Source of the DNA: Candidatus Nanopelagicales bacterium
GTDB lineage: Bacteria > Actinomycetota > Actinomycetes > S36-B12
Assembly (NCBI GenBank): GCA_017857175.1
Contig: JAFMDS010000003.1
Coordinates: 4,223 to 68,222, forward strand
Direction: 5' to 3'
DNA length: 64,000 nucleotides
How positions within the stretch are numbered: the first letter of the stretch is position 1; each line of letters begins with the position of its first letter. Shown piece after piece: positions 1 to 9,296 of the stretch. Below the pieces are notes generated by a model. The model was not told the origin of the DNA. It was given only the letters and a program-made list of their open reading frames with translations, and made no database searches. Position numbers and translations under genes: made by a program.

Positions 1-712
1 CTACTGAGCTCATGAATTTCGACTGATACTCCAAACGAACATTTGATGAGCTCACTGCTTGTTGCCCGCCGCTTATTGTGTGATACCTATCTATGAAAAA
101 TGGTTGGAGATCATTAATTAATTGAACTCTATGGAAAATAATTTCAGTTCCCAGTTTGATTAGTTGGTCATCCCAGACGTCAAGAGTGCTTTCAATGTTT
201 TCTTTATTGGGTGAACGCAGTAATGCATTTCTCTGTTTCAACACCTTTTCGTAATCAGCTTTGACACCTGAAAAACGCGGAAACCTTTGAATGAGAGTTT
301 CGTCGAGAAAGTTTCGTCGTTCCCCTGGATCACCTTTCACCAAAGATAAATCCTCTGGTGAAAACATAACTGCTCTAATGATTCCTAAAATATCTCGTGA
401 ACGAGTTACTTGAGATCTGTTCACCTTCGCTCTATTTGTTTTACCAGGTTTAATTTCAAGGTCGATTGAAACCGATTTATCCTCTTGTACAAACATTGCA
501 CGAATGACAGCAGACTCAGAACCAGTCTTTACCAGAGGTTGATCAGATGAGACTCTATGACTGCCCAATGTTGCAAGATAATAAATGGCCTCCACAATAT
601 TTGTTTTACCTTGACCATTAGGGCCAACAAAAATATTTACCCCTTGATCGCACGCCACTGTGACGTCGTCATAAGACCTAAAATTGATCAGATTGAGGGC
701 CTGGACCCACAT
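1..712 (-). CDS. recF: DNA replication/repair protein RecF (5' part; runs off the window edge)
   Basis: Manual translation from ATG at 712: MWVQALNLINFRSY...GPNGQGKTNIVEAI...LGSHR...FSPEDLSLVKGDPGERRNFLD...KQRNALL (Walker A and RecF motifs). Lies directly downstream of dnaN; absent from the ORF track because it is truncated. Confidence 0.96.
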   Translation of the reverse strand, partial: MWVQALNLINFRSYDDVTVACDQGVNIFVGPNGQGKTNIVEAIYYLATLGSHRVSSDQPLVKTGSESAVIRAMFVQEDKSVSIDLEIKPGKTNRAKVNRSQVTRSRDILGIIRAVMFSPEDLSLVKGDPGERRNFLDETLIQRFPRFSGVKADYEKVLKQRNALLRSPNKENIESTLDVWDDQLIKLGTEIIFHRVQLINDLQPFFIDRYHTISGGQQAVSSSNVRLEYQSKFMSSV

Positions 713-715
713 GAA

Positions 716-1840
716 TCAGGCGGTAAGTCTGATAGGCATGAGCAAGTACTTGTAGTCCTCTTCAACGTTTGCGCCCTCTGCATTTAAGCCAGTAATAACA
801 GCGGGTTTTGTTGCGACCGTGAACGAGAACAGAGATTTAGGGCTTGCTATTGCATTCAGCCCATCAATGAGAAAACCCGGGTTGAATGCAATTTCAATGT
901 CATCACCGTCAACCTCTGCCCCGATGACCTCATTAGCTTGAGCATCCTCACCCGTTCCGGCTCTTAGACTTAACTCCGATCCGCTGAAAGTCATACGTAT
1001 TGGAGTGTTTCTTTCAGCAACGAGCGCGACACGTTTCACAGCATTCATAAGTTCCTGTGTGTCAATTGTTGCTCGTGTGGATGATTCATTAGGCAACAAC
1101 GATCTATATTTTGGAAACTCCCCATCAAGGAGACGTGTTGTTGTGCGCATTCCTTCGGATTCAAAACCAATTAACTTCTCACCATCAGGTGCAATGGCGA
1201 TCGAAACCGTACTGGAACTGGTCATATTCTTGGCAGCGTCGGCAAGAATTTTCGCTGGAATAAGAGTGTTTAATTCTATTGACGTTTTTGTTGGAGACCA
1301 CGGAAATGTCCGCACTGCTAATCGGTATCGATCGGTAGCAGCGAGAGTGATGTTCCCACCATCAATTTCCATTCGTATTCCAGTGAGCACTGGCAGCGTG
1401 TCATCTTTACCTGCCGCAATTGCAACCTGTGAGACTGCCTGAGCAAAGGCTTCACTGTCAACACTTCCTGCTGTTGTTGGCATATCCGGGAGAGATGGGT
1501 AGTCCTCAACAGGAAGAGTTGGAAGGGTGAACGTACTTCGACCACACTCGATGGCAACTCGATTTCCATCAACTTTGACAAGGACTGGCGCGGCAGGGAG
1601 AGATTTTGTTATGTCAGCGAGGAGGCGACCTGAAACCAAAACTTTTCCTGGTTCAAGAACATCAACAGGACAATTAACTCTCGCAGAGACTTCATAATCA
1701 AAACTACTTAAGGTGAGACTGTCGCCGTCTGCGACCAACATCACTCCCGATAGCACTGGCATCGATGGACGTGATGGAAGTGTTCGAGCAGCCCACGTCA
1801 CCGCGTGAGCCAAAGCATCACGTTCAACACGGATCTGCAT
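716..1840 (-). CDS. dnaN: DNA polymerase III beta sliding clamp
   Basis: ATDRYRLA, RLLDGEFPKY, IAFNPGFL and C-terminal LLMPIR motifs. Start placed at MQIRVERD (1840) after an AAGGGAG RBS. Confidence 0.98.
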   Translation of the reverse strand: MQIRVERDALAHAVTWAARTLPSRPSMPVLSGVMLVADGDSLTLSSFDYEVSARVNCPVDVLEPGKVLVSGRLLADITKSLPAAPVLVKVDGNRVAIECGRSTFTLPTLPVEDYPSLPDMPTTAGSVDSEAFAQAVSQVAIAAGKDDTLPVLTGIRMEIDGGNITLAATDRYRLAVRTFPWSPTKTSIELNTLIPAKILADAAKNMTSSSTVSIAIAPDGEKLIGFESEGMRTTTRLLDGEFPKYRSLLPNESSTRATIDTQELMNAVKRVALVAERNTPIRMTFSGSELSLRAGTGEDAQANEVIGAEVDGDDIEIAFNPGFLIDGLNAIASPKSLFSFTVATKPAVITGLNAEGANVEEDYKYLLMPIRLTA

Positions 1841-1861
1841 AGTTACTCCCTTAATGTTCAA

Positions 1862-2415
1862 TAGAGAAAAATTGTGGGTAAATCAGGTACTTACTTATGC
1901 CATAACTCTAGTGATCTGGGTTATGTCAGTTAAGTTGAAGGCTGAGAATATTGCAATCCCTACTTCTTGGTGATTTTGTGTCCACAAGCTTGGGCCTAAT
2001 GGTAATTAACAAATTAAATATGAATGATAAGTAGTAGTCGTCATAGGTGCTGTGGAATTTGGGGATAACGAGCATATTGAGAGGGTTTTATGCGTGTCCT
2101 CCTCCACACCACTTGTGGACACACACCTACTCCGATGTGGATAACTGTGGATAACTATGAATAGGGGTTGGGTTATCCCCATTAATAAGTTGCCAAGCCC
2201 AAGAATGTGTGAGGAAGAGGGAAGATCTCTAATAGTTGTACACAGGTTGTGCACTAGTGGGGACAAGGGGACATTTGTTGTTCATCTTGTCCCCTTTTAA
2301 TACAACTTTTCATACTTATACACAAGTTTATCCACATTAGATTTCCACAACTGTGGAGAAAATGGGGATAAACAACACCATTGTGACGAAATGTGACTAA
2401 CGAGGTGTTACATCA
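1862..2415. other. Replication origin oriC (dnaA-dnaN intergenic region)
   Basis: Many DnaA boxes: TGTGGATAA 2136-2144 and 2146-2154, TTATCCCCA 2173-2181, TTGTACACA 2236-2244, TTATACACA 2316-2324, TTATCCACA 2328-2336, TGTGGAGAA 2352-2360, TGGGGATAA 2363-2371. AT-rich tract at 2003-2030. Confidence 0.95.
2003..2068 (-). promoter_or_regulatory. Basal unwinding module: tandem DnaA boxes, GC spacer, DnaA-trios and AT-rich DUE
   Basis: Minus strand reads TTATCCCCA-AATTCCACA-GCACC-TAT GAC GAC TAC TAC-TTATCATTCATATTTAATTTGTTAATT, the same architecture as the Bacillus subtilis BUS. Confidence 0.8.
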
Positions 2416-3855
2416 TTACATGGGACGAGGCTGTGACTTGATACGGCTCGTGAGATCAGTTACCTGATTGTAGAGGCTTCGGCGCTCAGCCATAAGTTCA
2501 CGGATCTTACGGTCAGCGTGCATGACGGTTGTGTGGTCTCGACCACCAAATGCTTGACCGATCTTTGGAAGTGACAGGTCCGTGAGCTCCCTACACAGAT
2601 ACATGGCAATTTGGCGAGCGGTAACAAGGGTGCGACTTCTACTTGATCCACAAAGCTCTTCAATGCTCACACCGAAATACGAAGCGCAAGCCCCCATTAT
2701 TTGAGCTGCAGTAATTTCTGGCCCAGTTTCCGAAGGGAGCAGGTCTTTGAGAACAGCTTCTGTGATAGATAGATCCACGGGTTGTTGATTGAGTGAAGCA
2801 AATGCTGTCACTCGTATGAGTGCTCCCTCAAGTTCACGAATATTTGTAGAAATTTTTGAGGCAATGTATTCCAACACCTCAGGGGGTGCGACTAGACGCT
2901 CTTGCACAGTTTTCTTACGAAGAATCGCAATACGAGTTTCTAGGTCCGGTGGTTGAACATCGGTTATAAGTCCCCATTCGAAACGTGAACGCATACGGTC
3001 TTCAAAATCTTGAAGTTGTTTAGGCGGCAAGTCACTCGTTACAACGATCTGTTTATTTGCATTGTGCAATGTATTGAAAGTATGGAAAAACTCTTCCTGT
3101 GTCTGGACTTTTCCACTTAAAAACTGAATGTCATCAACAAGGAGAACGTCAATATCACGATATCGACGCTGGAAATTTGCAGCTTTGTCGTCGCGGATGC
3201 TGTTAATGAATTCGTTGGTGAATTCCTCGGAACTTATGTAACGAACATGTGTGCCTTTAAACAAAGTCCGGGTGTAATGCCCAATGGCATGGAGAAGATG
3301 AGTTTTCCCAAGGCCGGAACCACCGTAAATAAATAATGGGTTGTATGCCTGTGCTGGTTGTTCAGCCACTGCTACTGCGGCGGCGTGGGCAAATCTGTTA
3401 CTCGTACCGATGACGAATGTGTCGAACGTGTACTTGTCATTGAGGCGGCCCGTGTCCTCTTTGTTAACAGGTGAACCCATACCTGGCCGAGAAGGGGAGG
3501 GTGAGTTGAGGGGCGCAGGGGGATCAACATCAAGTTCGGCTGCGTAGGTGCCATCCGCAAGATTATCTGTCTCATCCTCGTCGAGGCCGGGAGCAATAGA
3601 TGGATCTACCGTGACTGCGAGTCGGATTTCACGACCAATGATTTGACTCAATGCTTGCGTGACAAGGGGGCGTAATCGAGTTTCGAGGACATCTTTGGTG
3701 AAATCATTAGGGGCGGCGATCAAAGCCGTGTCTTCAACGAGCCCAAGGGGGCGTGTGAGAGACACGAATGCCTTTTGTTGTGGACTAAGGGAGCCGTCAC
3801 TGAGGGAGGCTAAAGCAGCACTCCACATCGTTGTGAGATCGGTTTCCCCAGCCAT
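2416..3855 (-). CDS. dnaA: Chromosomal replication initiator DnaA
   Basis: [34 protein letters not shown] and [11 protein letters not shown] motifs. Confidence 0.99.
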   Translation of the reverse strand: MAGETDLTTMWSAALASLSDGSLSPQQKAFVSLTRPLGLVEDTALIAAPNDFTKDVLETRLRPLVTQALSQIIGREIRLAVTVDPSIAPGLDEDETDNLADGTYAAELDVDPPAPLNSPSPSRPGMGSPVNKEDTGRLNDKYTFDTFVIGTSNRFAHAAAVAVAEQPAQAYNPLFIYGGSGLGKTHLLHAIGHYTRTLFKGTHVRYISSEEFTNEFINSIRDDKAANFQRRYRDIDVLLVDDIQFLSGKVQTQEEFFHTFNTLHNANKQIVVTSDLPPKQLQDFEDRMRSRFEWGLITDVQPPDLETRIAILRKKTVQERLVAPPEVLEYIASKISTNIRELEGALIRVTAFASLNQQPVDLSITEAVLKDLLPSETGPEITAAQIMGACASYFGVSIEELCGSSRSRTLVTARQIAMYLCRELTDLSLPKIGQAFGGRDHTTVMHADRKIRELMAERRSLYNQVTDLTSRIKSQPRPM

Positions 3856-3885
3856 TTGCCCTCAAATCCTTGAAATTTCCAGATT

Positions 3886-3917
3886 TTGTCCACATGGTTA
3901 TCCACAGTTGTGGATGC
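3886..3917. promoter_or_regulatory. DnaA boxes upstream of dnaA (autoregulation)
   Basis: TTGTCCACA 3886-3894, TTATCCACA 3898-3906 and degenerate TGTGGATGC 3909-3917. Confidence 0.85.
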
Positions 3918-4166
3918 AGTGAGTAACGTTAGTGCCCAAGTGCGTGTTTTGACAAGTCAAATTAGAAACTTTTGGTCCAAAGCCCATGTCGTTGCCACTG
4001 AAAGACCTAGGAGGGTGGTAAGCGGATCCAAATAGCTAGGGTGTTTATGGTGACCCGCGTTTGACCGAATGATGTGAGTGGCGTAGTCTCAGGCAGCCGA
4101 ATGACATAGGGCTTCCCCGCTGTGTTCGGTTTCGGTTCTAGCAATCACGCAGTAAATAGGAGAGTC

Positions 4167-4301
4167 ATGAAGCGCACGTTCCAGCCTAATACCCGCCGCC
4201 GGGCAAAGACCCACGGTTTCCGGGCTCGGATGCGCACACGCGCTGGCCGCAGCATCCTGGCAGCTCGTCGCACCAAAGGTCGCGCGCGCCTTTCTGCATA
4301 A
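4167..4301 (+). CDS. rpmH: 50S ribosomal protein L34
   Basis: Manual translation [44 protein letters not shown], with AGGAG RBS. Below the ORF-track length cut-off. Confidence 0.99.
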   Translation: MKRTFQPNTRRRAKTHGFRARMRTRAGRSILAARRTKGRARLSA

Positions 4302-4386
4302 GTCGTGCTTGCACTCCACCTGTGTGTGGAGGATGAAGTTCCCGGCCTGTCCCATGTTGGCGCGGTTGTTGGTTCTGGAGGTCTAG

Positions 4387-4719
4387 GTGTTACCAACCTC
4401 AAATCGCATGCGCAGATCAGATGATTTTCGAATAGTGCGGCGCCGAGGTCAGAAAATCGTGTCGGAATGCCTAATTATTCATATTCTCCAAGGGGTTTAT
4501 GGGCAAGAGTCGCCCCGAGTGGGGATTACCGTAGGTAAGGACTGTGGTAATTCAGTGGCCCGCCATCGCCTGAGTAGACGGATCCGTGGAGCAATAGCTC
4601 AACAAATAGAAGTTCTACCCCCAGGTTGTGGTGTTGTTATCAGGGCGCTACCGGCTGCAAGTCAAACAGATGATCTGAATCAGGTGTTGGCCTCTGGGAT
4701 CCAACAGGCGTTGTCATGA
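4387..4719 (+). CDS. rnpA: Ribonuclease P protein component
   Basis: MLPTSNRMRRSDDF...RVGITVGK..GNSVARHRLSRRIR (RNR-like motif); position after rpmH. Confidence 0.93.
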   Translation: MLPTSNRMRRSDDFRIVRRRGQKIVSECLIIHILQGVYGQESPRVGITVGKDCGNSVARHRLSRRIRGAIAQQIEVLPPGCGVVIRALPAASQTDDLNQVLASGIQQALS

Positions 4720-5111
4720 GTAACAAGTTCACGAAGTCTCTGACTGGCTCAAGGATCACAAAAACATTCAAATATCTGGGAAATGGTGCTTTGTGGACAT
4801 GGGACCATTCATTCGGTTATTTCCTGAGATTCGTGCTTCTAGTGTTGATTAAGGGCTATCAATTGGCTATTTCTCCTCTTTTACCACCAAGTTGTAGGTT
4901 TCATCCGAGTTGTTCGGCGTACGCGTTGGGGAGTGTGCGCGCACACGGATCTGCCAAGGGCTTAGCCTTAGCCACGGTACGTCTACTACGGTGCAACCCT
5001 TGGAATAAAGGTGGACTAGACCCCGTTCCCTCCCAGGGGCGTTGGTTACCGGATATTTATCCGGATGGTCGGCCACGATTAGGCTCGAACGGAGAACATG
5101 TTCATTCTTGA
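4716..5111 (+). CDS. yidD: Membrane protein insertion efficiency factor YidD
   Basis: YQLAISPLLPPSCRFHPSCSAY...RLLRCNPWNKGGLDPVP. Confidence 0.95.
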   Translation: MSNKFTKSLTGSRITKTFKYLGNGALWTWDHSFGYFLRFVLLVLIKGYQLAISPLLPPSCRFHPSCSAYALGSVRAHGSAKGLALATVRLLRCNPWNKGGLDPVPSQGRWLPDIYPDGRPRLGSNGEHVHS

Positions 5112-6048
5112 TTGGCTGCGTACGGCGGTCAGCTGGGTGTTGGTGCAGTTTCATCAACTACTGAGCAACGTTATGGATCCCAACAGTGGTTGGACCTGGG
5201 CTCTGTCAATTGTTGGCCTCGTCATCGTCATTCGAATACTTCTCATACCGCTGTTTGTTAAGCAAATTAAAGCGCAGAGAAATCTGCAAATTATTCAGCC
5301 GCAGATGAAAGAAATTCAAAAGAAGTATGCGGGCGATCGTGAGCGTCAATCACAAGAAATGATGAAGCTGTACCGGGAAACTGGTACTAATCCTTTAGCC
5401 TCATGTTTGCCAATTCTGTTGCAGGCGCCCATATTTTTCGCGTTGTTCAGCGTCTTGCAGGGCATTGCCATGATGCGTCCCGAAGGTGTTTTTAACTGGG
5501 ATCAGTACGCACCTCTGTTGCAGAACGCCCACGATGCCTCAATATTCGGTGTTCCGTTGTACGGCACATTTCTCAATGCAGATGAGGTCGCAGTCGATGG
5601 TTTCAGTCCGACAGCAACGCGAACCCTTGCGTTAATTTTGATCATCTTGATGAGCTCAACAACATTTTTAACTCAGCGTCAGTTGATTGTGAAAAACACA
5701 GCGCCTGGCAATCCCATGGTCCGTCAACAAAAGATTCTTTTGTACGTGTTTCCCATTGTGTTCGCAATTGGTGGTGTGAACTTCCCCATCGGTGTTTTGA
5801 TTTATTGGTTCACCACGAACCTCTGGACTATGGGGCAACAGTTCTATGTCATTAGAAACAACCCCCAACCTGGAACACCCGCGTTTGAGGCGAAAGAGGC
5901 TCGCAAGAAATCAAAAGCTTTGGCCAAAGGTAAAGGCGGAACTTCAACCGAGAGTGAAGTTACCGACACTGTGTCGGTAACACCTGAGCGAGTTCAGCCA
6001 AAACGAACCCCGAAAAGTAAAAGAAGTCCCAATAAGAAAAAGAAGTAG
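5098..6048 (+). CDS. yidC: Membrane protein insertase YidC
   Basis: IRILLIPL, NPLASCLPILLQAPIF and GVLIYWFTTNLW motifs; basic C-terminal tail. Confidence 0.97.
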   Translation: MFILDWLRTAVSWVLVQFHQLLSNVMDPNSGWTWALSIVGLVIVIRILLIPLFVKQIKAQRNLQIIQPQMKEIQKKYAGDRERQSQEMMKLYRETGTNPLASCLPILLQAPIFFALFSVLQGIAMMRPEGVFNWDQYAPLLQNAHDASIFGVPLYGTFLNADEVAVDGFSPTATRTLALILIILMSSTTFLTQRQLIVKNTAPGNPMVRQQKILLYVFPIVFAIGGVNFPIGVLIYWFTTNLWTMGQQFYVIRNNPQPGTPAFEAKEARKKSKALAKGKGGTSTESEVTDTVSVTPERVQPKRTPKSKRSPNKKKK

Positions 6049-6110
6049 TCACCTGTGGACCGAGGCTTTGATCTCGGTGGCAAATAAGACATTCATTATG
6101 AGGAGCAGAA

Positions 6111-6638
6111 ATGACCGAAACAACACAAGAAGTCCAGGAAGTCGCAAAAGAAACTACCCGCAAGGAAATTGATCGCAAGCAACTTGACCAAGAAGGCGAT
6201 GTTGCCGCTGATTACCTTGAGGGTCTGCTTGATATTTGCGATCTTGATGGTGATATCGATATTGAGGTCGATGCAAGCCGTGCTCGTGTCTCCATTGTTG
6301 AGGTGGAAAAAGGGGACCTCAAGCATTTAATTGGTGACGACGGAGAAGTTCTCCAAGCACTTCAAGAGCTTTCCCGTTTAGCTGCTTCACGTGAAACAGG
6401 TGAGCGGTCACGCTTAATGCTTGATATTGCGGGGTACCGCACACAGCAAAAAGAGGTGCTGGAAGAGGCAGCAAAGTCCGCATGTGCCGAGGCAACTCGC
6501 ACCGCGGCACCGGTGCGCATGGCCCCCATGAACCCCTATGAGCGCAAGGTGGTCCATGACCTGGTAGCGACACTCGGCTTGGTCAGCGAGTCAGAGGGCG
6601 ATGAGCCTGCGCGACGTGTGGTAATCAGAGTTTCATAG
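6111..6638 (+). CDS. jag: Jag/KhpB family KH-R3H RNA-binding protein
   Basis: LIGDDGEVLQALQEL (KH) and PMNPYERKVVHD (R3H); conserved position after yidC. Confidence 0.93.
   Translation: MTETTQEVQEVAKETTRKEIDRKQLDQEGDVAADYLEGLLDICDLDGDIDIEVDASRARVSIVEVEKGDLKHLIGDDGEVLQALQELSRLAASRETGERSRLMLDIAGYRTQQKEVLEEAAKSACAEATRTAAPVRMAPMNPYERKVVHDLVATLGLVSESEGDEPARRVVIRVS
6383..6398. promoter_or_regulatory. parS site (inside jag)
   Basis: TGCTTCACGTGAAACA, one mismatch to TGTTTCACGTGAAACA. Confidence 0.8.
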
Positions 6639-6642
6639 TCCT

Positions 6643-7293
6643 ATGGTTTCCCGTGAAACATCCCGGGATTTACCCGAGTGGATGGAACCCGCTCGGGAGG
6701 GGCTCGAACGCTATTCAGAAATCTTGGCTGGTCCAGGACTGGAACGTGGACTTATGGGTCCACGGGAATTACCGCGAATGTGGGACCGCCATATTCTCAA
6801 TTGCGCGGTTGTGGCGGATCCAGGTTCAGGACTGATCCCCACAGGTAGCCTCGTGGCCGATGTTGGCTCAGGTGCCGGCCTTCCTGGTGTTGTGTGGGCC
6901 TTGGTGCGTTCGGATATCTCCATGGTTCTGATCGAACCACTCCTACGCCGAGCAACCTTCCTGACCGAAACCGTAGTGGACCTAGGACTCTCTGAGCGAG
7001 TCACTGTCCTTCGAGGACGGGCTGAAAAAGTAATGGCAACACCAGGGTGGGCAGGTGTCGATGTTGTGACTGCTCGTGCGGTTGCCCCAATGGATCGTCT
7101 TGTGGGCTGGACGATGCCGCTACTGAAAACTCAAGGCAGGCTGGTTGCACTCAAAGGAAGTAACGCGGTGAGTGAACTGGAGCAGGCAGAGGGTGTGCTC
7201 AAGGATTTTGGGGTTGATTCTGCGGAGGTTATTTACTGCGGGGCTGGAGTTGTGGACCCAGAAACGACCGTGGTTGTTGCCCGAAGGGGCTGA
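6643..7293 (+). CDS. rsmG: 16S rRNA m7G527 methyltransferase
   Basis: GLMGPRE..RMWDRHILNC, DVGSGAGLPG, VTARAVA and ALKG motifs. Confidence 0.96.
   Translation: MVSRETSRDLPEWMEPAREGLERYSEILAGPGLERGLMGPRELPRMWDRHILNCAVVADPGSGLIPTGSLVADVGSGAGLPGVVWALVRSDISMVLIEPLLRRATFLTETVVDLGLSERVTVLRGRAEKVMATPGWAGVDVVTARAVAPMDRLVGWTMPLLKTQGRLVALKGSNAVSELEQAEGVLKDFGVDSAEVIYCGAGVVDPETTVVVARRG
6645..6660. promoter_or_regulatory. parS site (5' end of rsmG)
   Basis: GGTTTCCCGTGAAACA, which translates as VSRET. Confidence 0.75.
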
Positions 7294-7440
7294 GTCTGAT
7301 TTCACGTCGACCCTGTGCTGAGGGGTGTAATGAGTACGGCACAATGACCACATGCAGCCAGTGCAATCCACTCCCAAGTCTGAATTACCACCCCATGAGA
7401 CATTGAAACCCACACCAGTAGGCCTTGGCTGGCCGCCCAA

Positions 7441-7456
7441 TGTTTCACGGGAAACA
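7441..7456. promoter_or_regulatory. parS site upstream of parA
   Basis: TGTTTCACGGGAAACA, one mismatch to consensus. Confidence 0.85.
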
Positions 7457-7509
7457 TCCCCTGAGGGCCAAAAATTGCAGGAGCACAACACTGGATTGGG
7501 CTGGCCACG

Positions 7510-8280
7510 ATGACCCGAATCATCACGATAGCAAATCAAAAAGGTGGGGTGGGCAAGACCACAACTACCGTCAATATTGCCGCGGCGTTAGCTCAAATAG
7601 GGAAAAAGACCCTTGTAATCGATCTCGACCCCCAAGGAAATGCCACCACAGCATTGGGAATTGAGCACCATGAAGGCACGCCCGGTGTTTATGACGTACT
7701 TATGGGGGAGAAATCCCTCCATGAAGTTCTTGAGCCATGTATTGAAGTCCCAGGCCTATGGGGTGCGCCGGCAACTATTGATCTGGCAGGGGCAGAGATT
7801 GAATTAGTGTCCCAGGTAGCCAGGGAATATCGACTCTCGAAGGCAATCAGTGCACTCGGTGAGCGGGAAAACTTTGATTACATCCTTTTGGACTGCCCTC
7901 CGAGTTTGGGACTACTGACCCTCAATGGGCTCGTGGCAGCAAAAGAAGTTCTGTTGCCCATCCAATGTGAGTACTACGCCCTCGAGGGCTTATCGCAACT
8001 ACTAAAAAGTGTTGCAATGGTGACCGAACACCTCAACCCAGACTTAGAGGTCACGGCGATCATCTTGACCATGTATGACGGTCGTACTCGGTTGGCAAGC
8101 CAAGTCGCTGATGAGGTGAGAACCCACTTTGGGACACAGGTCCTCGAGACAGTTATCCCCAGGAGTGTGCGAGTCTCTGAAGCTCCCTCCTATGGGCAAA
8201 CAGTGTTGACCTATGACCCCACATCCTCAGGGGCAATTGCCTACCGTGAGGCAGCTACACAACTTGATGCACTCCAGTAA
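7510..8280 (+). CDS. parA: Chromosome partitioning ATPase ParA/Soj
   Basis: NQKGGVGKTTT, DLDPQGNA, DCPPSLG and IPRSVRVSEAPS motifs. Confidence 0.98.
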   Translation: MTRIITIANQKGGVGKTTTTVNIAAALAQIGKKTLVIDLDPQGNATTALGIEHHEGTPGVYDVLMGEKSLHEVLEPCIEVPGLWGAPATIDLAGAEIELVSQVAREYRLSKAISALGERENFDYILLDCPPSLGLLTLNGLVAAKEVLLPIQCEYYALEGLSQLLKSVAMVTEHLNPDLEVTAIILTMYDGRTRLASQVADEVRTHFGTQVLETVIPRSVRVSEAPSYGQTVLTYDPTSSGAIAYREAATQLDALQ

Positions 8281-8290
8281 CACCTGTCAC

Positions 8291-8310
8291 TTATCCACAA
8301 GTTATCCACA
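8291..8310. promoter_or_regulatory. Two perfect tandem DnaA boxes between parA and parB
   Basis: TTATCCACA at 8291-8299 and 8302-8310. Confidence 0.85.
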
Positions 8311-8327
8311 GAAATATGAGGTAGGAA

Positions 8328-9293
8328 ATGGCAACTCCCAAGAGAGGACTCGGTAAAGGACTCGGAGCACTGATTCCAACAGGTCCAGCCCCAACAGATT
8401 CTGTGGAGGATGAATCAACCGAAACGGGTACGTCGGAAGTAGTCGGTGATCAGGGACCACAGCAATCGGCTGTTGGTTACTTGGAACTTCCCATTGGCAG
8501 TGTTACGCCCAATCCGCACCAGCCACGGTCTGTATTCGATGAGGATGCACTCAATGAACTGGTCTTCTCCATTAAAACAATTGGCCTTTTGCAGCCAATT
8601 GTTGTGCGCCAATTACCGGATGGCGCATATGAACTGGTTGCAGGCGAGCGTCGATTGCGCGCGTGCACGATCGCGGGCTTGACACACATCCCAGCGATTA
8701 TTCGCCACACGGACGATGCAAACATGTTGCGCGATGCACTCTTGGAAAACTTGCACCGTTCAAATCTCAACGCACTCGAAGAAGCAGCAGCGTATTCACA
8801 GATGTTGACCGACTTTGGCTGCACTCAAGATGAATTGGCACAGCGAATCGGGCGTTCACGGCCACAGGTAAGTAACACATTGCGATTATTGAAACTCCCC
8901 GCCTCCGTTCAAAAACGAGTTGCAAGTGGCGTGCTGAGTGCCGGGCATGCACGCGCACTGTTAGCTTTGGACTCGCCAGAAGCAATGGAGTCCCTAGCAA
9001 AAAAAATCGTCGCTGAGGGATTGAGTGTTCGCAACGTTGAGGAACTCATTGCCATTGGTGCAGTGGAGGGTTCCACCACAAGACGGAAAGATCGAAAGCG
9101 TTCATCGCGCAATGAAGGCGTCGAGGAAGTTGTTCGTCTGATCACTGAAGCATTGTCCGATCGCCTTGATACTCGAGTAACCATCGAAGGTTTTATGGGC
9201 AAAGGATCACAAGGAAAAATTGTCATAGAGTGCGCCGATATTGCTGACGCACGGCGAATCTCAGAAATCGTCGTTGGGAAACTCGAGGACTAG
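8328..9293 (+). CDS. parB: Chromosome partitioning protein ParB
   Basis: GLGKGLGALI, GLLQPIVVR, AGERRLRA, ENLHR and an HTH (GRSRPQVSNTLRLL). Confidence 0.98.
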   Translation: MATPKRGLGKGLGALIPTGPAPTDSVEDESTETGTSEVVGDQGPQQSAVGYLELPIGSVTPNPHQPRSVFDEDALNELVFSIKTIGLLQPIVVRQLPDGAYELVAGERRLRACTIAGLTHIPAIIRHTDDANMLRDALLENLHRSNLNALEEAAAYSQMLTDFGCTQDELAQRIGRSRPQVSNTLRLLKLPASVQKRVASGVLSAGHARALLALDSPEAMESLAKKIVAEGLSVRNVEELIAIGAVEGSTTRRKDRKRSSRNEGVEEVVRLITEALSDRLDTRVTIEGFMGKGSQGKIVIECADIADARRISEIVVGKLED

Positions 9294-9296
9294 CAA

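Noticed and set aside
2006..2266. 86-aa ORF inside oriC
   Set aside because: It is a translation of DnaA boxes and trios with no RBS or protein motifs.
7298..7313. Possible fourth parS (GATTTCACGTCGACCC)
   Set aside because: About six mismatches; only one half-site is present.
7120..7664. ORFs 7120-7539(-), 7302-7526(-) and 7425-7664(+) around the parA promoter
   Set aside because: They overlap rsmG or parA and have no recognisable domains; VSRET and MFHGKH are just parS translations.
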